The notes beneath the pieces are model-generated. The model saw only the letters and a list, made by a program, of their open reading frames with translations, was not told where the DNA came from and searched no databases. This document shows, in pieces, positions 38,614 to 48,474 of a stretch of 64,000 bases of DNA; positions within the stretch are counted from its first letter, which is position 1, and every line of letters starts with the position of its first letter. Origin of the DNA: Spirochaetia bacterium (GTDB lineage: Bacteria; Spirochaetota; Spirochaetia; SZUA-6; Bin103); NCBI GenBank assembly GCA_965203055.1, contig OZ241863.1, positions 4,160,001 through 4,224,000 of the forward strand, given 5' to 3'. A program made the translations under genes and the position numbers.

Positions 38614-39616
38614 AGGGAATGTTCTGCAGGATTACCTTGATGCCGGCGGTCATCGGCACGGCGAGCAGGACCCCGGCGGCGCCCCACAACCAGCCCCAGA
38701 ACAGGAGCGACACGAACACCACCACCAGCGACAGGTTCAGGTAATCGACCGTCAGCGCCGGCTCGGCGACGGACCCGGTGACGATCTGCAGCGCGATGAT
38801 GCACAGGAACACGCCAAGGGCCGGCCCCCAGGCGCCGAACTGAACCAGTGCGAACACGCTGAGGGCGACCACGGCGGTGGTGGAGCCGAAGGTGGGGATG
38901 AAGTTCAGCAGGAACGTGAGCAGCCCCCACACCACCGGAAACGCCACTCCGAACAGCGCCGCCACGATGCCGGTGCCGCCGCCGACGGCGAGACTGATCA
39001 GGGTCTTTACCGTGATGAAGCGGCGCAGGCTGGTATCGATTTGGGCCAGAATCTTCAGCGCCTTGTTCTGTTGGCCCCGTCTGCTGCGTGGAAAGGCGCG
39101 CATCAGCTTGCGCGGAAAGTAGTGCTTTCCGGCCAGGAACAGCACCGCGAACAGGTACGCCATGACGAATTGCAGCACCACCGTCACGGTGGAGCGGGCG
39201 GTGGACAACACGAACCCGGGAATCGACTCGGCGCCCCGCTGCGCCAGCGAGGTGAGGTCGAGCCGGATTCCCAGCGGCGCGCCGACCGTAGCCTGCAGCC
39301 AGGCCTCGATGTCGCCGACGAGCTGCAGCAGATCATCCTGGTAGAGCGGCAGGCCGCGCCCGAACGCGGCGACGTTGACCCACGCCAGGATCCCGAAGCC
39401 GGTGAGCACGCCGAGAAACACCAGCGCCGTGACCGCGCTGGCCAACCACACCGGCAGTACCCGCCGCAGGGCCAGCATCAGCGGATCCATCACGTAGGTA
39501 AGGAGGAAGGCAATCAGCAGCGGGACGAACACGTTCTGGGCGAACTTGAGGATGGCGCCAAGCGCGAGCAGGGCAAGGATCAGCAGGAAGATGTTGGCGG
39601 TGCGCAAGCTGTCCAT
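38555..39616 (-). CDS. AI-2E family transporter
   Basis: Multiple TM segments; FLLNFIPTFGS, WGWLWGAAGVLLAVP. Confidence 0.88.
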   Translation of the reverse strand: MDSLRTANIFLLILALLALGAILKFAQNVFVPLLIAFLLTYVMDPLMLALRRVLPVWLASAVTALVFLGVLTGFGILAWVNVAAFGRGLPLYQDDLLQLVGDIEAWLQATVGAPLGIRLDLTSLAQRGAESIPGFVLSTARSTVTVVLQFVMAYLFAVLFLAGKHYFPRKLMRAFPRSRRGQQNKALKILAQIDTSLRRFITVKTLISLAVGGGTGIVAALFGVAFPVVWGLLTFLLNFIPTFGSTTAVVALSVFALVQFGAWGPALGVFLCIIALQIVTGSVAEPALTVDYLNLSLVVVFVSLLFWGWLWGAAGVLLAVPMTAGIKVILQNIPFTARLATLLEGPARVARRR

Positions 39617-39764
39617 GAGTATGTCTCCAGCATACCTGACGGGCCGCGGATGTGTGGTAAGATCGCGCGCCCGCAATTGAAGCGGTAGCGTGGCGCGAGC
39701 CGTTATGGTGGTTAAGGGCGTAGCGAAGGGCCTTGGGGTATCGGACGGCGCTCGGGAGGTGCAG

Positions 39765-40778
39765 ATGGATCAGGAATTGATAGCGATCATCGGGGCGACG
39801 ATCACCCTTGGCGCGGCCATGTTCGGTTCGACGCGCTGGATCCGCCGCGGCGTCGACAAGAGTGAGAGCCGCCTTGAAGGCACGATTGGGGAGTTCAAGG
39901 CATGGATGAAGGAGACCGCCGGCGGGCTCAGGGCGGAGATGCGGGAGAGTGCCGCCGGGCTGCGCACGGAGATGAAGGAGCGTGACGTCCGGCTGCGCAC
40001 GGAGATGAAGGAGCGTGCCGCCCGGCTGTGCACGGCGATGCAGGAGGGTGACGCCCGGCTGTGCACGGCGATGCAAGCGAGCGAAGGCCGGCTTGAAAGT
40101 GCGATCGGCGGGCTCCGGGCAGAGATGAAGGAGGGTGACGCCCGGCTGTGCACGGCGATGCAAGCGAGCGAAGGCCGGCTTGAAAGTGCGATCGGCGGGC
40201 TCCGGGCAGAGATGAAGGAGAGTGACGCCGAGCTGCGCACGGAGATGCAGGAGCGTGATGCCCGGCTGTGCACGGCGATGAAGGAGAGTGCCGCCGGGCT
40301 GCGCACGGAGATGCAGGCGAGCGAGGGGCGGCTTGAAGGTGCGATCGGCGGGCTCCGGGCAGAGATGAAGGAGGGTGATGCCGGGCTGCGCACGGAGATG
40401 CAGGAGCGTGATGCCCGGCTGTGCACGGCGATGAAGGAGAGTGATGCCGGGCTACGCACGGAGATGCAGGCGAGCGAGGGGCGGCTTGAAGGCGCGATCG
40501 GCGGGCTCCGGGCAGAGATGAAGGAGAGTGACGCCGGGCTGCGCACGGAGATGCAGGCGAGCGAACGCCGGCTCGAAGGCGCGATCCATGGGCTCCGGGA
40601 CGACATGAAGGAGCGCGACGACAAGCTCGAAGGCGCGGTCAGCGGGCTCAGGGGCGAGATGGCGAACGGCTTCATGAAGGTCACCGAGCGGGTGTCGAAG
40701 GTCGAGGGGGTCATCGAAGGGCTGGTTCCGAGCGTGCGCAACCAGCCGTCGGAAACGCAGCGCGAGGGCGTCGCGTAG
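39765..40778 (+). CDS. Membrane-anchored coiled-coil protein with 11/18-aa tandem repeats
   Basis: Hydrophobic N-terminus, 13 11-aa units and 6 18-aa units, C-terminal ERVSKVEGVIEG; GGAGG RBS. Confidence 0.8.
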   Translation: MDQELIAIIGATITLGAAMFGSTRWIRRGVDKSESRLEGTIGEFKAWMKETAGGLRAEMRESAAGLRTEMKERDVRLRTEMKERAARLCTAMQEGDARLCTAMQASEGRLESAIGGLRAEMKEGDARLCTAMQASEGRLESAIGGLRAEMKESDAELRTEMQERDARLCTAMKESAAGLRTEMQASEGRLEGAIGGLRAEMKEGDAGLRTEMQERDARLCTAMKESDAGLRTEMQASEGRLEGAIGGLRAEMKESDAGLRTEMQASERRLEGAIHGLRDDMKERDDKLEGAVSGLRGEMANGFMKVTERVSKVEGVIEGLVPSVRNQPSETQREGVA

Positions 40779-40837
40779 CCGGCAAGGCTCTCTGGACAGG
40801 AAGCCGGCTCCGGGAGTAGGGTAGGAGCGCGTCGCTG

Positions 40838-42118
40838 ATGGAGACGGCACTCGGGATCGGCGACATCGCCGCCCACATCCCCCGCCCACTGATCCGGCTG
40901 GAAACGATCATTGCCCGCCACCGGCGGCGTGACCCGCAACGGGCGCAGGCGCTGGAGCGCTCCAGGAAGCGCACCGGCCAGGTGTCGCTCCGCTTTCCCC
41001 ACCGCTGGGAGGACGCCGCGACCATGGCCGCGCAGGCCGCCTTGCAGCTCGTGGCGCGGCTGACTCCCGCGCAGGTCGCCTCGTTGCGCTACCTGGTGGT
41101 GGGTACCGAGACCGGTGTCGATCAATCCAAGCCGATTGCCGCCCACGTGCAGGGCATGCTGCAGCGCGCCGGATGCGCCATTCCGCACGCTGTTTCCACG
41201 TTCGACGTCCAGCACGCCTGCGCCGGCGGAGCGATCGGCCTGGTCAGCGTGGGCGCCCTGTTGCGCGCCGGCGGCGAGCGCGGCGAGCGCGGCCTGATCA
41301 TCTGCACCGACGAGGCGCGCTACCCCCCGGGAAGCGGCGCCGAGCTTACCCAGGGCGCCGCCGCGGTGGCGCTGCTGGTGGAACCCGCCCCGCGGCTGCT
41401 CGAACTCGACTTCGCAGCGATCGGCCACTCCTCGCACGACGTGGACGACTTCTTTCGCCCGCTCGGCTCGGTCACCGCGCGGGTGAAGGGACGGTATTCC
41501 ATCGCCTGCTACCGGCGCGCGGTCGAAGAGGCGCTGCTCGATCTGTGCGCCCGCCGCGGCTGCAGCCTGGCCGCGCTGCTGGAGGAGACCGACCTGTTCG
41601 CGTTGCACGTGCCGTTCCGCTCGCTGCCGGAAGAAACCATGGCCGATCTGGTGCGGCGCCATCTCGGTACCGGCGCGGCCGCCGCAGCCGAGTTCCTGGC
41701 CCGGCGCCGGTTCAGCGCCGGTACGGCGCCGGCCGCGGTTGCGGGCAACGTATACTCGGGCTCGATGTTCCTGAGCCTGGCGGCGTCGCTGGCGGCGCGC
41801 CGCCGGGAGCTGCAGTCCGCGCCGGCGGGCAAACGGGTCATGCTGGTGGCCTACGGGTCCGGCAACACCGCGCTGGCGGTTTCCGGGCGGGTGCGCGGCC
41901 CGGCGCCGGCCGTGATACGCGGCTGGTCCCTGGAGCAGGCGATGAACTGCGGCGCGGGAGCATCGCTGGCGGACTACGACGCCTGGCTCGCCGACCGCCG
42001 CGGCGCCGGGTGGAGCGCCGCGCGGGCGGAGGTCCCGGAGCGCAGCTTCTTCCTGCAGGCGATTCGCGCCGACGGCTACCGTGTGTACGGATTTGCGGAG
42101 CCGGGGCAACCCCGATGA
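40838..42118 (+). CDS. mvaS: Hydroxymethylglutaryl-CoA synthase family
   Basis: GTETGVDQSK, HACAGG, ELTQGAAAVA, DFFRP, GNVYSGS; coupled to fni. Confidence 0.82.
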   Translation: METALGIGDIAAHIPRPLIRLETIIARHRRRDPQRAQALERSRKRTGQVSLRFPHRWEDAATMAAQAALQLVARLTPAQVASLRYLVVGTETGVDQSKPIAAHVQGMLQRAGCAIPHAVSTFDVQHACAGGAIGLVSVGALLRAGGERGERGLIICTDEARYPPGSGAELTQGAAAVALLVEPAPRLLELDFAAIGHSSHDVDDFFRPLGSVTARVKGRYSIACYRRAVEEALLDLCARRGCSLAALLEETDLFALHVPFRSLPEETMADLVRRHLGTGAAAAAEFLARRRFSAGTAPAAVAGNVYSGSMFLSLAASLAARRRELQSAPAGKRVMLVAYGSGNTALAVSGRVRGPAPAVIRGWSLEQAMNCGAGASLADYDAWLADRRGAGWSAARAEVPERSFFLQAIRADGYRVYGFAEPGQPR

Positions 42119-43236
42119 CGGAGCCGGGCATGGCTGCCACCGAGATCAGCCGCCGCAAGGAAGACCATCTCGACATCTGTCTCGACGAGCAGCGCTACGC
42201 CGACCCGGCGCTGCGCGGCTCCAGCCTGGATCAGGTGCAGTTGCTGCATCAGGCGCTGCCGGAGGTGGACAGCGCCGGCCTGGACACGGCCCAGCCCTTT
42301 CTGGGCGCCACGCTGCGGCTGCCGCTGATGATCTCCTGCATGACCGGCGGTTCGGGGCGCGGGCGCTCCGCCAACCGGGCGCTGGCGGCGGCGGCGCAAC
42401 GGGCCGGCATCGCCGTCGGGTTGGGGTCGATCCGCCCGCTGCTGCAGGACCCCGCCGCGTTCGCCGACTTCCACGTCAAGCCGCTGGCGCCCGACGTACC
42501 GGTGTTGGCCAACCTCGGCGCAGTGCAGCTCCGCGAGCTGGACGGGCGCACCCTGCGCCGGCTCCTGGAACGGCTGGAGGCGCAGGCCCTGGTAGTGCAT
42601 CTCAACGCCGGCCAGGAGCTGTTTCAACCTGCCGGTGACCGCGACTTCCGCGGCCTGTTTGGCGCCATCGAGCGCGCGGTAGCGGAGTGCGGCCACCCGG
42701 TACTCGTCAAGGAGACCGGATTCGGCATTCGTCCGGGGCTGGTGCGGCGGCTGCTCGGCAGCGGCGTGCGCTACGTCGACCTGGCCGGCGCCGGGGGCAC
42801 CAACTGGGTGCAGGTGGAAGGCCGGCGGCTGACCGGCGACGGTCCGGCGAGCGCCGCCGCGTTCGCCGATTGGGGCCTGCCCACTGCGGTGGTGTTGGCG
42901 CTGCTCGGCGACGTCGGCGGCCGGGTGATCGCCTCCGGCGGCCTGCGCCACGGCGTGCACCTGGCCAAGGCGGTGGCCATGGGCGCGGCCTGCGGCGCCA
43001 TGGCGCTGCCCTTCATCCGCGCCGTGATGGCCGCGGGCAGCGATGGCGCCCTGGCCTTGATCGACCGCCTCGGGCATGAGCTGCGGACCGCCATGACCCT
43101 GTGCGGGGCCGGCTCCCTGGCGGCATTGCGGCGCGTCCCGGTGCTGCAGTCGGCCTCGTTCCGCCACCAGGTGGCGGAGTTGCGGCGCGCCGAGGCGGAG
43201 ATTTCCGGCGCGGCGCGGGAGCCTGCCGGTGGCTGA
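42115..43236 (+). CDS. fni: Type 2 isopentenyl-diphosphate isomerase
   Basis: RRKEDHL, MTGG, HLNAGQE, VKETGFG, GAGGTNW, ASGGLR. Confidence 0.92.
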   Translation: MTEPGMAATEISRRKEDHLDICLDEQRYADPALRGSSLDQVQLLHQALPEVDSAGLDTAQPFLGATLRLPLMISCMTGGSGRGRSANRALAAAAQRAGIAVGLGSIRPLLQDPAAFADFHVKPLAPDVPVLANLGAVQLRELDGRTLRRLLERLEAQALVVHLNAGQELFQPAGDRDFRGLFGAIERAVAECGHPVLVKETGFGIRPGLVRRLLGSGVRYVDLAGAGGTNWVQVEGRRLTGDGPASAAAFADWGLPTAVVLALLGDVGGRVIASGGLRHGVHLAKAVAMGAACGAMALPFIRAVMAAGSDGALALIDRLGHELRTAMTLCGAGSLAALRRVPVLQSASFRHQVAELRRAEAEISGAAREPAGG

Positions 43237-44392
43237 GCTGGCCCTGCGCTACGGCGCCAATCCGCACCAGCGGCCGGCGCGGGTGCTGGCCGAGGGGCCG
43301 CTGCCGTTCCGGGTGCTAGGCGGGACCCCGAGCTACGTCAATTTCCTGGACGCCCTCAACTCGTGGCAGCTCGTGCGCGAAGTGCGCGCCGCCACCGGCC
43401 TTCCGGCGGCGGCTTCGTTCAAGCACGTGAGTCCCGCCGGCGTGGCGCTCGGGCGCCCGTTGGCGGCTGCGGAACGACCGGTGTTGGGAGTGGGGGCGGA
43501 GGAACTGTCCGCCCCCGCCGCGGCCTACGCCCGCGCGCGCGGCGCCGACCGCATGAGCTCCTACGGCGATTGGGCGGCGCTCAGCGACGAGGTGGACCAG
43601 GCTGCGGCAGCGCTGCTGAAACGGGAGACGTCCGACGGCATCATCGCTCCCGGATACGCCGCCGCGGCGTTGCCGCTGCTGCGCGCCAAGCGCGGCGGCT
43701 CCTACCGGGTGCTGGCAATCGATCCGCGCTACCGGCCCCCGCGCCGCGAGCGGCGCGAGGTGTTCGGGGTGACCCTGGAGCAACAGCGCAACGACGCGCC
43801 GATCGACGAGGAGCTGCTGGCCGCGATACCCACCGCGGCGCGTGACCTCCCGGCGCACGTCGTGCCCGACATCCTGCTGGCGCTGATCACCCTCAAGTAC
43901 ACGCAGTCCAATTCGGTGTGCATCGTGTACCGCGGCCAGACCATCGGCATCGGCGCCGGCCAGCAGTCGCGCATTCACTGCACCCAGTTGGCGGTGGAGA
44001 AGGCCGGCGCCTGGTACCTGCGCTTTCACCCGGCGCTGCGCGAGGTGCGGTTCCGTCCCGGGGTGCGGCGGCATGACCGCGACACCTGGACGATGCAGTA
44101 CGTTGGCGGGGTGCGGGCGGCCGACGACGCCTGGCTGCGCGCCCAGGTGGAGCGCATGCCGGCGCCGCTGAGCCCGGCCGCGCGGCGCGAGTGGCTGGCC
44201 GGCATGGACGGCGCGGTGCTGGCGTCGGACGGCTTCTTCCCGCATCGGGACAGTATCGACGTCGCCCGGCGCAGCGGCGTACGCTACGTGGTGCAGCCGG
44301 GCGGGTCGGTGCGCGACGCCGAGGTGGTGCGGGCCTGCGACGAGCATGGGCTGGTGATGGTGATGACCGGGCTGCGCCTGTTCCATCACTGA
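43229..44392 (+). CDS. AICAR transformylase (PurH C-terminal domain only)
   Basis: LRYGANPHQ, SFKHVSPAG, KYTQSNS, GQQSRIHC, SDGFFP, QPGGS, RLFHH; no IMP cyclohydrolase domain. Confidence 0.88.
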   Translation: MAELALRYGANPHQRPARVLAEGPLPFRVLGGTPSYVNFLDALNSWQLVREVRAATGLPAAASFKHVSPAGVALGRPLAAAERPVLGVGAEELSAPAAAYARARGADRMSSYGDWAALSDEVDQAAAALLKRETSDGIIAPGYAAAALPLLRAKRGGSYRVLAIDPRYRPPRRERREVFGVTLEQQRNDAPIDEELLAAIPTAARDLPAHVVPDILLALITLKYTQSNSVCIVYRGQTIGIGAGQQSRIHCTQLAVEKAGAWYLRFHPALREVRFRPGVRRHDRDTWTMQYVGGVRAADDAWLRAQVERMPAPLSPAARREWLAGMDGAVLASDGFFPHRDSIDVARRSGVRYVVQPGGSVRDAEVVRACDEHGLVMVMTGLRLFHH

Positions 44393-44406
44393 CGGAGGGC
44401 GCGACG

Positions 44407-46173
44407 ATGGGTAACGGCGACGGTATGGTACGCGTGGCCACGCTGGCCGAGCTGCGGCGGCAGGGCGTGATCGTGACTCGGGCCGGGGCGCGGGCGGTGG
44501 CGGTGTTCGCCGCCGATGAGCGCGTCTACGCGCTGGACAACCGCTGCCCGCACCTGGGCTTTCCCCTCGATCGGGGCAGCGTGCGGGACGGCATCCTGAC
44601 CTGCCACTGGCACGAGGCGCGCTTCGAGCTTGGCAGCGGCTGCACCTTCGATCTGTGGGCCGACGATGCCATTACCTACGCTACCGAGGTGCGCGGCGAC
44701 AGCGTGTGGGTGGCGCCGCGGCCGCGCCGGACGCGTGACGCCGCCTGGCACCGGCGGCGCCTGCGGCGCGGCATGGAGCAGGGCGTGGGCCTGGTGCAGG
44801 CCAAGAGCCTGAGCAGTCTGCTGGCCGGCGGCGAGGAGTTGGCCGCGATCGTGGCCGGCGTGGTCGACTACGCGGCGGCCAACGTCACCGGCTTCGGCGA
44901 GGGCATGGTGCGTCTGACCTGCGTCGCCCGCCTGGCGCCCTGCCTGAGCCGCGACCACCTCTACCTGGGGCTGAGCTACGCCGTGCGCCAGCTCGCCGCG
45001 GAGGCCAACGCCGGCCCCGCGCGGCGGCCGCGCGATCCGTTGGCCGGCCCGGCCTCCGGCAGCGCGCTGCAGGGCTGGCTGCGGCAGTGGGTGCGTACCC
45101 GCCACCGCGACGCGGTCGAGCGCACCCTGCTTACCGGCGTGGCCAACCGGCTGCCGCCGGCGGAGCTGGCCGAGCTGCTGTACGGCGCCGCCGCGGAGCG
45201 TCTCTATGCCAACACCGGCCACCTGTTCGACGCCTGCAACAAGGCGCTGGAGCTGGGTGAGGTGCTGGCCGGAGCCGGCCCCCCGGACCTGTTGGCGCTG
45301 GTGGCCCCGAGCCTGGCCGCGGCGCGCGGCGCGGAGGAGTCCACGCCGTGGCATCACCCGGTGGCGATCGTGGCCGCGGTGCGCGCCGCCGAGAGCCGGC
45401 TGCCGGCGGTAGCGGGCGGCGGCCCCGCGCTGCTGCCCGCGGCGGCTGAAGACGCCCTGGTGGAGCAGGTGCTGGCCGGCGATCCGGCGGCGGTGATCGC
45501 CGCGCTGGAGACGGCCCTGCGGGACGGCGCGGCGCCGGCCGCGGTGGGGGCCGCGGTCACCCGCGCCGCCGGCTTGCGGCTGGCGCGCTTCGCCACTTCC
45601 AACGAAGTCAGCGACTGGTTCAATCCGCAGCACACCTTCATCTTCTGCAACGCGGTGCAGCAGGCCTTGCTGCGCACCACCGCGCCGGCGGTGGTGCGGG
45701 CGTTGTTCCAGGCGGCAATCGCGGTCTACATGGACCGCTACCTCAACGTGCCGCCGGCCCGGCTGCCGGCCGAACGGGACGCGGTGCGGGCGGTGCCGGC
45801 GGGCGGCGGCGGCGCGCTGCTCGACGAGCTGCTGCGCCTGCTCGACAACCGCGCCGAAGTGGAGCGCGCCGCGGAGCTGGTCAGTGGGTACCTGCGCGCC
45901 CCGGCCGGCGATTGGCGCGCTCACTTCGGGCGCCTGGTGGACACGCTGGCCTTTGCCACGCTGCGCGAGGACCTCGACTTTCATACCCTGCAGGTGTTGG
46001 AGGCGGCGGTCACGCAGGTCGCCGCGCGCGGCAACGACGCCGGCGCGGAGCAGATCATGACCGGGGTGGTGCGCAACCTCGCCGCCCACTGCCCGACGCG
46101 GCGCGCCGGCTACCAGACCGCGATGATCGCGCGCCGCCTGCAGCGCGGCGAGGAGCTGTACGCGGCCGGATGA
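44407..46173 (+). CDS. Rieske [2Fe-2S] protein with long helical C-terminal region
   Basis: NRCPHLGFPL...TCHWHEARF. Confidence 0.82.
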   Translation: MGNGDGMVRVATLAELRRQGVIVTRAGARAVAVFAADERVYALDNRCPHLGFPLDRGSVRDGILTCHWHEARFELGSGCTFDLWADDAITYATEVRGDSVWVAPRPRRTRDAAWHRRRLRRGMEQGVGLVQAKSLSSLLAGGEELAAIVAGVVDYAAANVTGFGEGMVRLTCVARLAPCLSRDHLYLGLSYAVRQLAAEANAGPARRPRDPLAGPASGSALQGWLRQWVRTRHRDAVERTLLTGVANRLPPAELAELLYGAAAERLYANTGHLFDACNKALELGEVLAGAGPPDLLALVAPSLAAARGAEESTPWHHPVAIVAAVRAAESRLPAVAGGGPALLPAAAEDALVEQVLAGDPAAVIAALETALRDGAAPAAVGAAVTRAAGLRLARFATSNEVSDWFNPQHTFIFCNAVQQALLRTTAPAVVRALFQAAIAVYMDRYLNVPPARLPAERDAVRAVPAGGGGALLDELLRLLDNRAEVERAAELVSGYLRAPAGDWRAHFGRLVDTLAFATLREDLDFHTLQVLEAAVTQVAARGNDAGAEQIMTGVVRNLAAHCPTRRAGYQTAMIARRLQRGEELYAAG

Positions 46174-46214
46174 ATGATACGCGCACCGGGTGGTCGGGGT
46201 GAACGTGGGTCGGG

Positions 46215-47204
46215 GTGAACGTGGCCGGCGACAGCGAAACTGCCGCGGCTGACCTCCGGCGCCCGCGGGCGCCGCGCCTGGACGCGATTCTGGGCCGGCG
46301 CTGGCCGGTACTGGATGACGGCTGCGTGCGGGTGGTGGACTACATGGGCAGCGACGCCGCCATCGTCCAGGCGGCGCGAGTCTCCTACGGCGCCGGCACC
46401 AGGCAGGTCAGCGACGACCGCACCCTGATCCGCTACCTGATGCGCCACCGCCATACCACCCCGTTCGAGATGTGCGAGATCAAGCTGCACGTGCGCGCGC
46501 CGATGGACTGCTGGCGGCAATGGATCCGGCACCGCACCGCCAACGTGAACGAATACTCCACCCGCTACTCGGAGGCGATCGATGCAGCCAGCCGCACCCG
46601 CCCCGGACAGTGGCGGCGGCAGTCGGACGCCAACCGCCAGGGCTCGGCGGGGAGCATCGAGCCCGAGGTTGGCGCGCGCCTTTCCGCCGCCGAGCAGGAG
46701 TTTCAGCAGCGCGCGCGGGAGCTGTATCAGGAGCGTCTGAACGCCGGCGTGGCGCGCGAACAGGCGCGCAAGGAGCTGCCGCTGTCCACCTACACCGAGG
46801 CCTACTGGAAGATCGACCTGCACAACCTGCTCCACTTCCTGGGTCTGCGCGCCGACTCCCACGCGCAGGCCGAGATCCGCTCCTATGCGGAAGTGATCGG
46901 GGAGCAGATCGTGAGCCGCTGGGTGCCGGTTACCTGGGAGGCGTACCTCGACTACCGCGCCGGCGCGCTGCTCTTGACGCGCATCGAGCGCGAGCTCGTG
47001 GCCTGCCTGAATCAGGGACGGCGCCGGGACGCGCTGCGCCTGGCCGAACAGGCGGGTTGGCTGCGCCCGCGCGCGGCCGCGCAGTCCGGCGCCGCGCGCC
47101 GCCCCGGACTGCGCCGCAACCGCGAGCGCGGCGAAGCCGAGGAGAAGCTGGCGCGGCTCGGCCTGACCGCCCCCTGGCAGGAACCGCCGGCTGACCAAAG
47201 CTGA
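46215..47204 (+). CDS. thyX: FAD-dependent thymidylate synthase
   Basis: AARVSYG, HTTPFE, RQWIRHRTANVNEYSTRY, HAQAEIR. Confidence 0.95.
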   Translation: MNVAGDSETAAADLRRPRAPRLDAILGRRWPVLDDGCVRVVDYMGSDAAIVQAARVSYGAGTRQVSDDRTLIRYLMRHRHTTPFEMCEIKLHVRAPMDCWRQWIRHRTANVNEYSTRYSEAIDAASRTRPGQWRRQSDANRQGSAGSIEPEVGARLSAAEQEFQQRARELYQERLNAGVAREQARKELPLSTYTEAYWKIDLHNLLHFLGLRADSHAQAEIRSYAEVIGEQIVSRWVPVTWEAYLDYRAGALLLTRIERELVACLNQGRRRDALRLAEQAGWLRPRAAAQSGAARRPGLRRNRERGEAEEKLARLGLTAPWQEPPADQS

Positions 47205-47283
47205 ATCCAAGGCCGGCGCCTTCCACGGAATTGCCGGATGAATTAACTCTGTCTGTTACTTGTCGTAGTAAGCGGATATTATC

Positions 47284-48453
47284 TTGGAGGCGCGTGATGG
47301 CGGAGAGTATGGCAGCATTCTGCGCGGGGACCCGTTGGCGCCTGCGGTAGCCCCGGCGCGCGGCGCTGCTCCCTACGTCGAGTTCGAGGCGGTCGACAAG
47401 AGTTACGACGGCCATACGCCGGTGGTGCGGGAGCTGAACCTGAGCGTGCGCGAAGGGGAGTTCCTGACCCTGCTGGGGCCGTCCGGCTCCGGCAAGACCA
47501 CCTGCCTGATGATGCTGGCGGGGTTCGAGATGCCGTCCGCCGGCAGCATCCGCATCGCCGGGCGCTCGGTGCACGATCTGCCGCCGCGGCAGCGCAACAT
47601 CGGTATGGTGTTCCAGAACTACGCGCTGTTCCCGCATCTGACGGTGGAACGGAACCTGGCCTTTCCGCTGGAAGTGCGCCGGATCGCGCCCGCGCAGCGC
47701 CGCGAGCGCGTGCGCCGGGCGCTGCAGTTGGTGCGGCTGGAGGGGTTCGAGCAGCGCCGCCCCGCGGAGCTGTCGGGCGGCCAGCAGCAGCGCGTGGCCA
47801 TTGCCCGCGCGCTGGTGTTCGAGCCGAGCCTGGTGCTGATGGACGAGCCGCTCGGCGCGCTCGACCGCAACCTGCGCGAGGAGATGCAGTACGAGATCCG
47901 CCGCATCCACCGCCGCCTCGGCGTCACCATCGTCTACGTTACCCACGACCAGCAGGAAGCGATGGTGATGTCGGACCGCATCGCCGTGTTCCACCGCGGG
48001 CGCGTGCAGCAGGTGGCGCCGCCGGAGACCCTCTACGAGGAGCCGGAGCGGGCGTTCGTGGCGCGCTTCATCGGCGGCAACAACCTGTTGCGCGGGCGGG
48101 TGGCGGCGGTGGACGGCGACTACTGCCGGGTCGACGTGGGCGGGCGCCCGGTGGTGGCGCTGCGGGTGGCGGCCTGCGTTCCGGGCGACGAGGTCACGGT
48201 GGCGGTGCGCCCGGAACGGGTCGGGGTGGCGGCCGGCGCCCGCGTCTATCGCAATCAGGTCCCCGCGCGCGTCGAGCTGATGACGTTCCTGGGCGACCAC
48301 CTGTTGATCCACGCGGTGGTGGACGGCCGCACCCGCTACCTGCTGCGGATTCCGAACCTCGTCGGGCACGGCGCGATGCTCGAGGGCGACGAAATCGAAA
48401 TTGGATGGGCGGCGGCCGATTGCCGCGCATTGGACCTTGAGGAAGATCACTGA
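47284..48453 (+). CDS. Polyamine-type ABC transporter ATPase
   Basis: GPSGSGKT, LSGGQQQR, LMDEPL. Confidence 0.9.
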   Translation: MEARDGGEYGSILRGDPLAPAVAPARGAAPYVEFEAVDKSYDGHTPVVRELNLSVREGEFLTLLGPSGSGKTTCLMMLAGFEMPSAGSIRIAGRSVHDLPPRQRNIGMVFQNYALFPHLTVERNLAFPLEVRRIAPAQRRERVRRALQLVRLEGFEQRRPAELSGGQQQRVAIARALVFEPSLVLMDEPLGALDRNLREEMQYEIRRIHRRLGVTIVYVTHDQQEAMVMSDRIAVFHRGRVQQVAPPETLYEEPERAFVARFIGGNNLLRGRVAAVDGDYCRVDVGGRPVVALRVAACVPGDEVTVAVRPERVGVAAGARVYRNQVPARVELMTFLGDHLLIHAVVDGRTRYLLRIPNLVGHGAMLEGDEIEIGWAAADCRALDLEEDH

Positions 48454-48474
48454 AGAAGAAAGGGGCGTAACACG

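Noticed and set aside
39900..40660. Repeat array as a possible CRISPR
   Set aside because: Units are in-frame multiples of 3 with no unique spacers, and no cas genes are present.
47255..47290. dif-like look of gtagtaagcggatattatcttgg
   Set aside because: The spacer length and XerD arm fit poorly; more likely AT-rich promoter DNA for the ABC operon.
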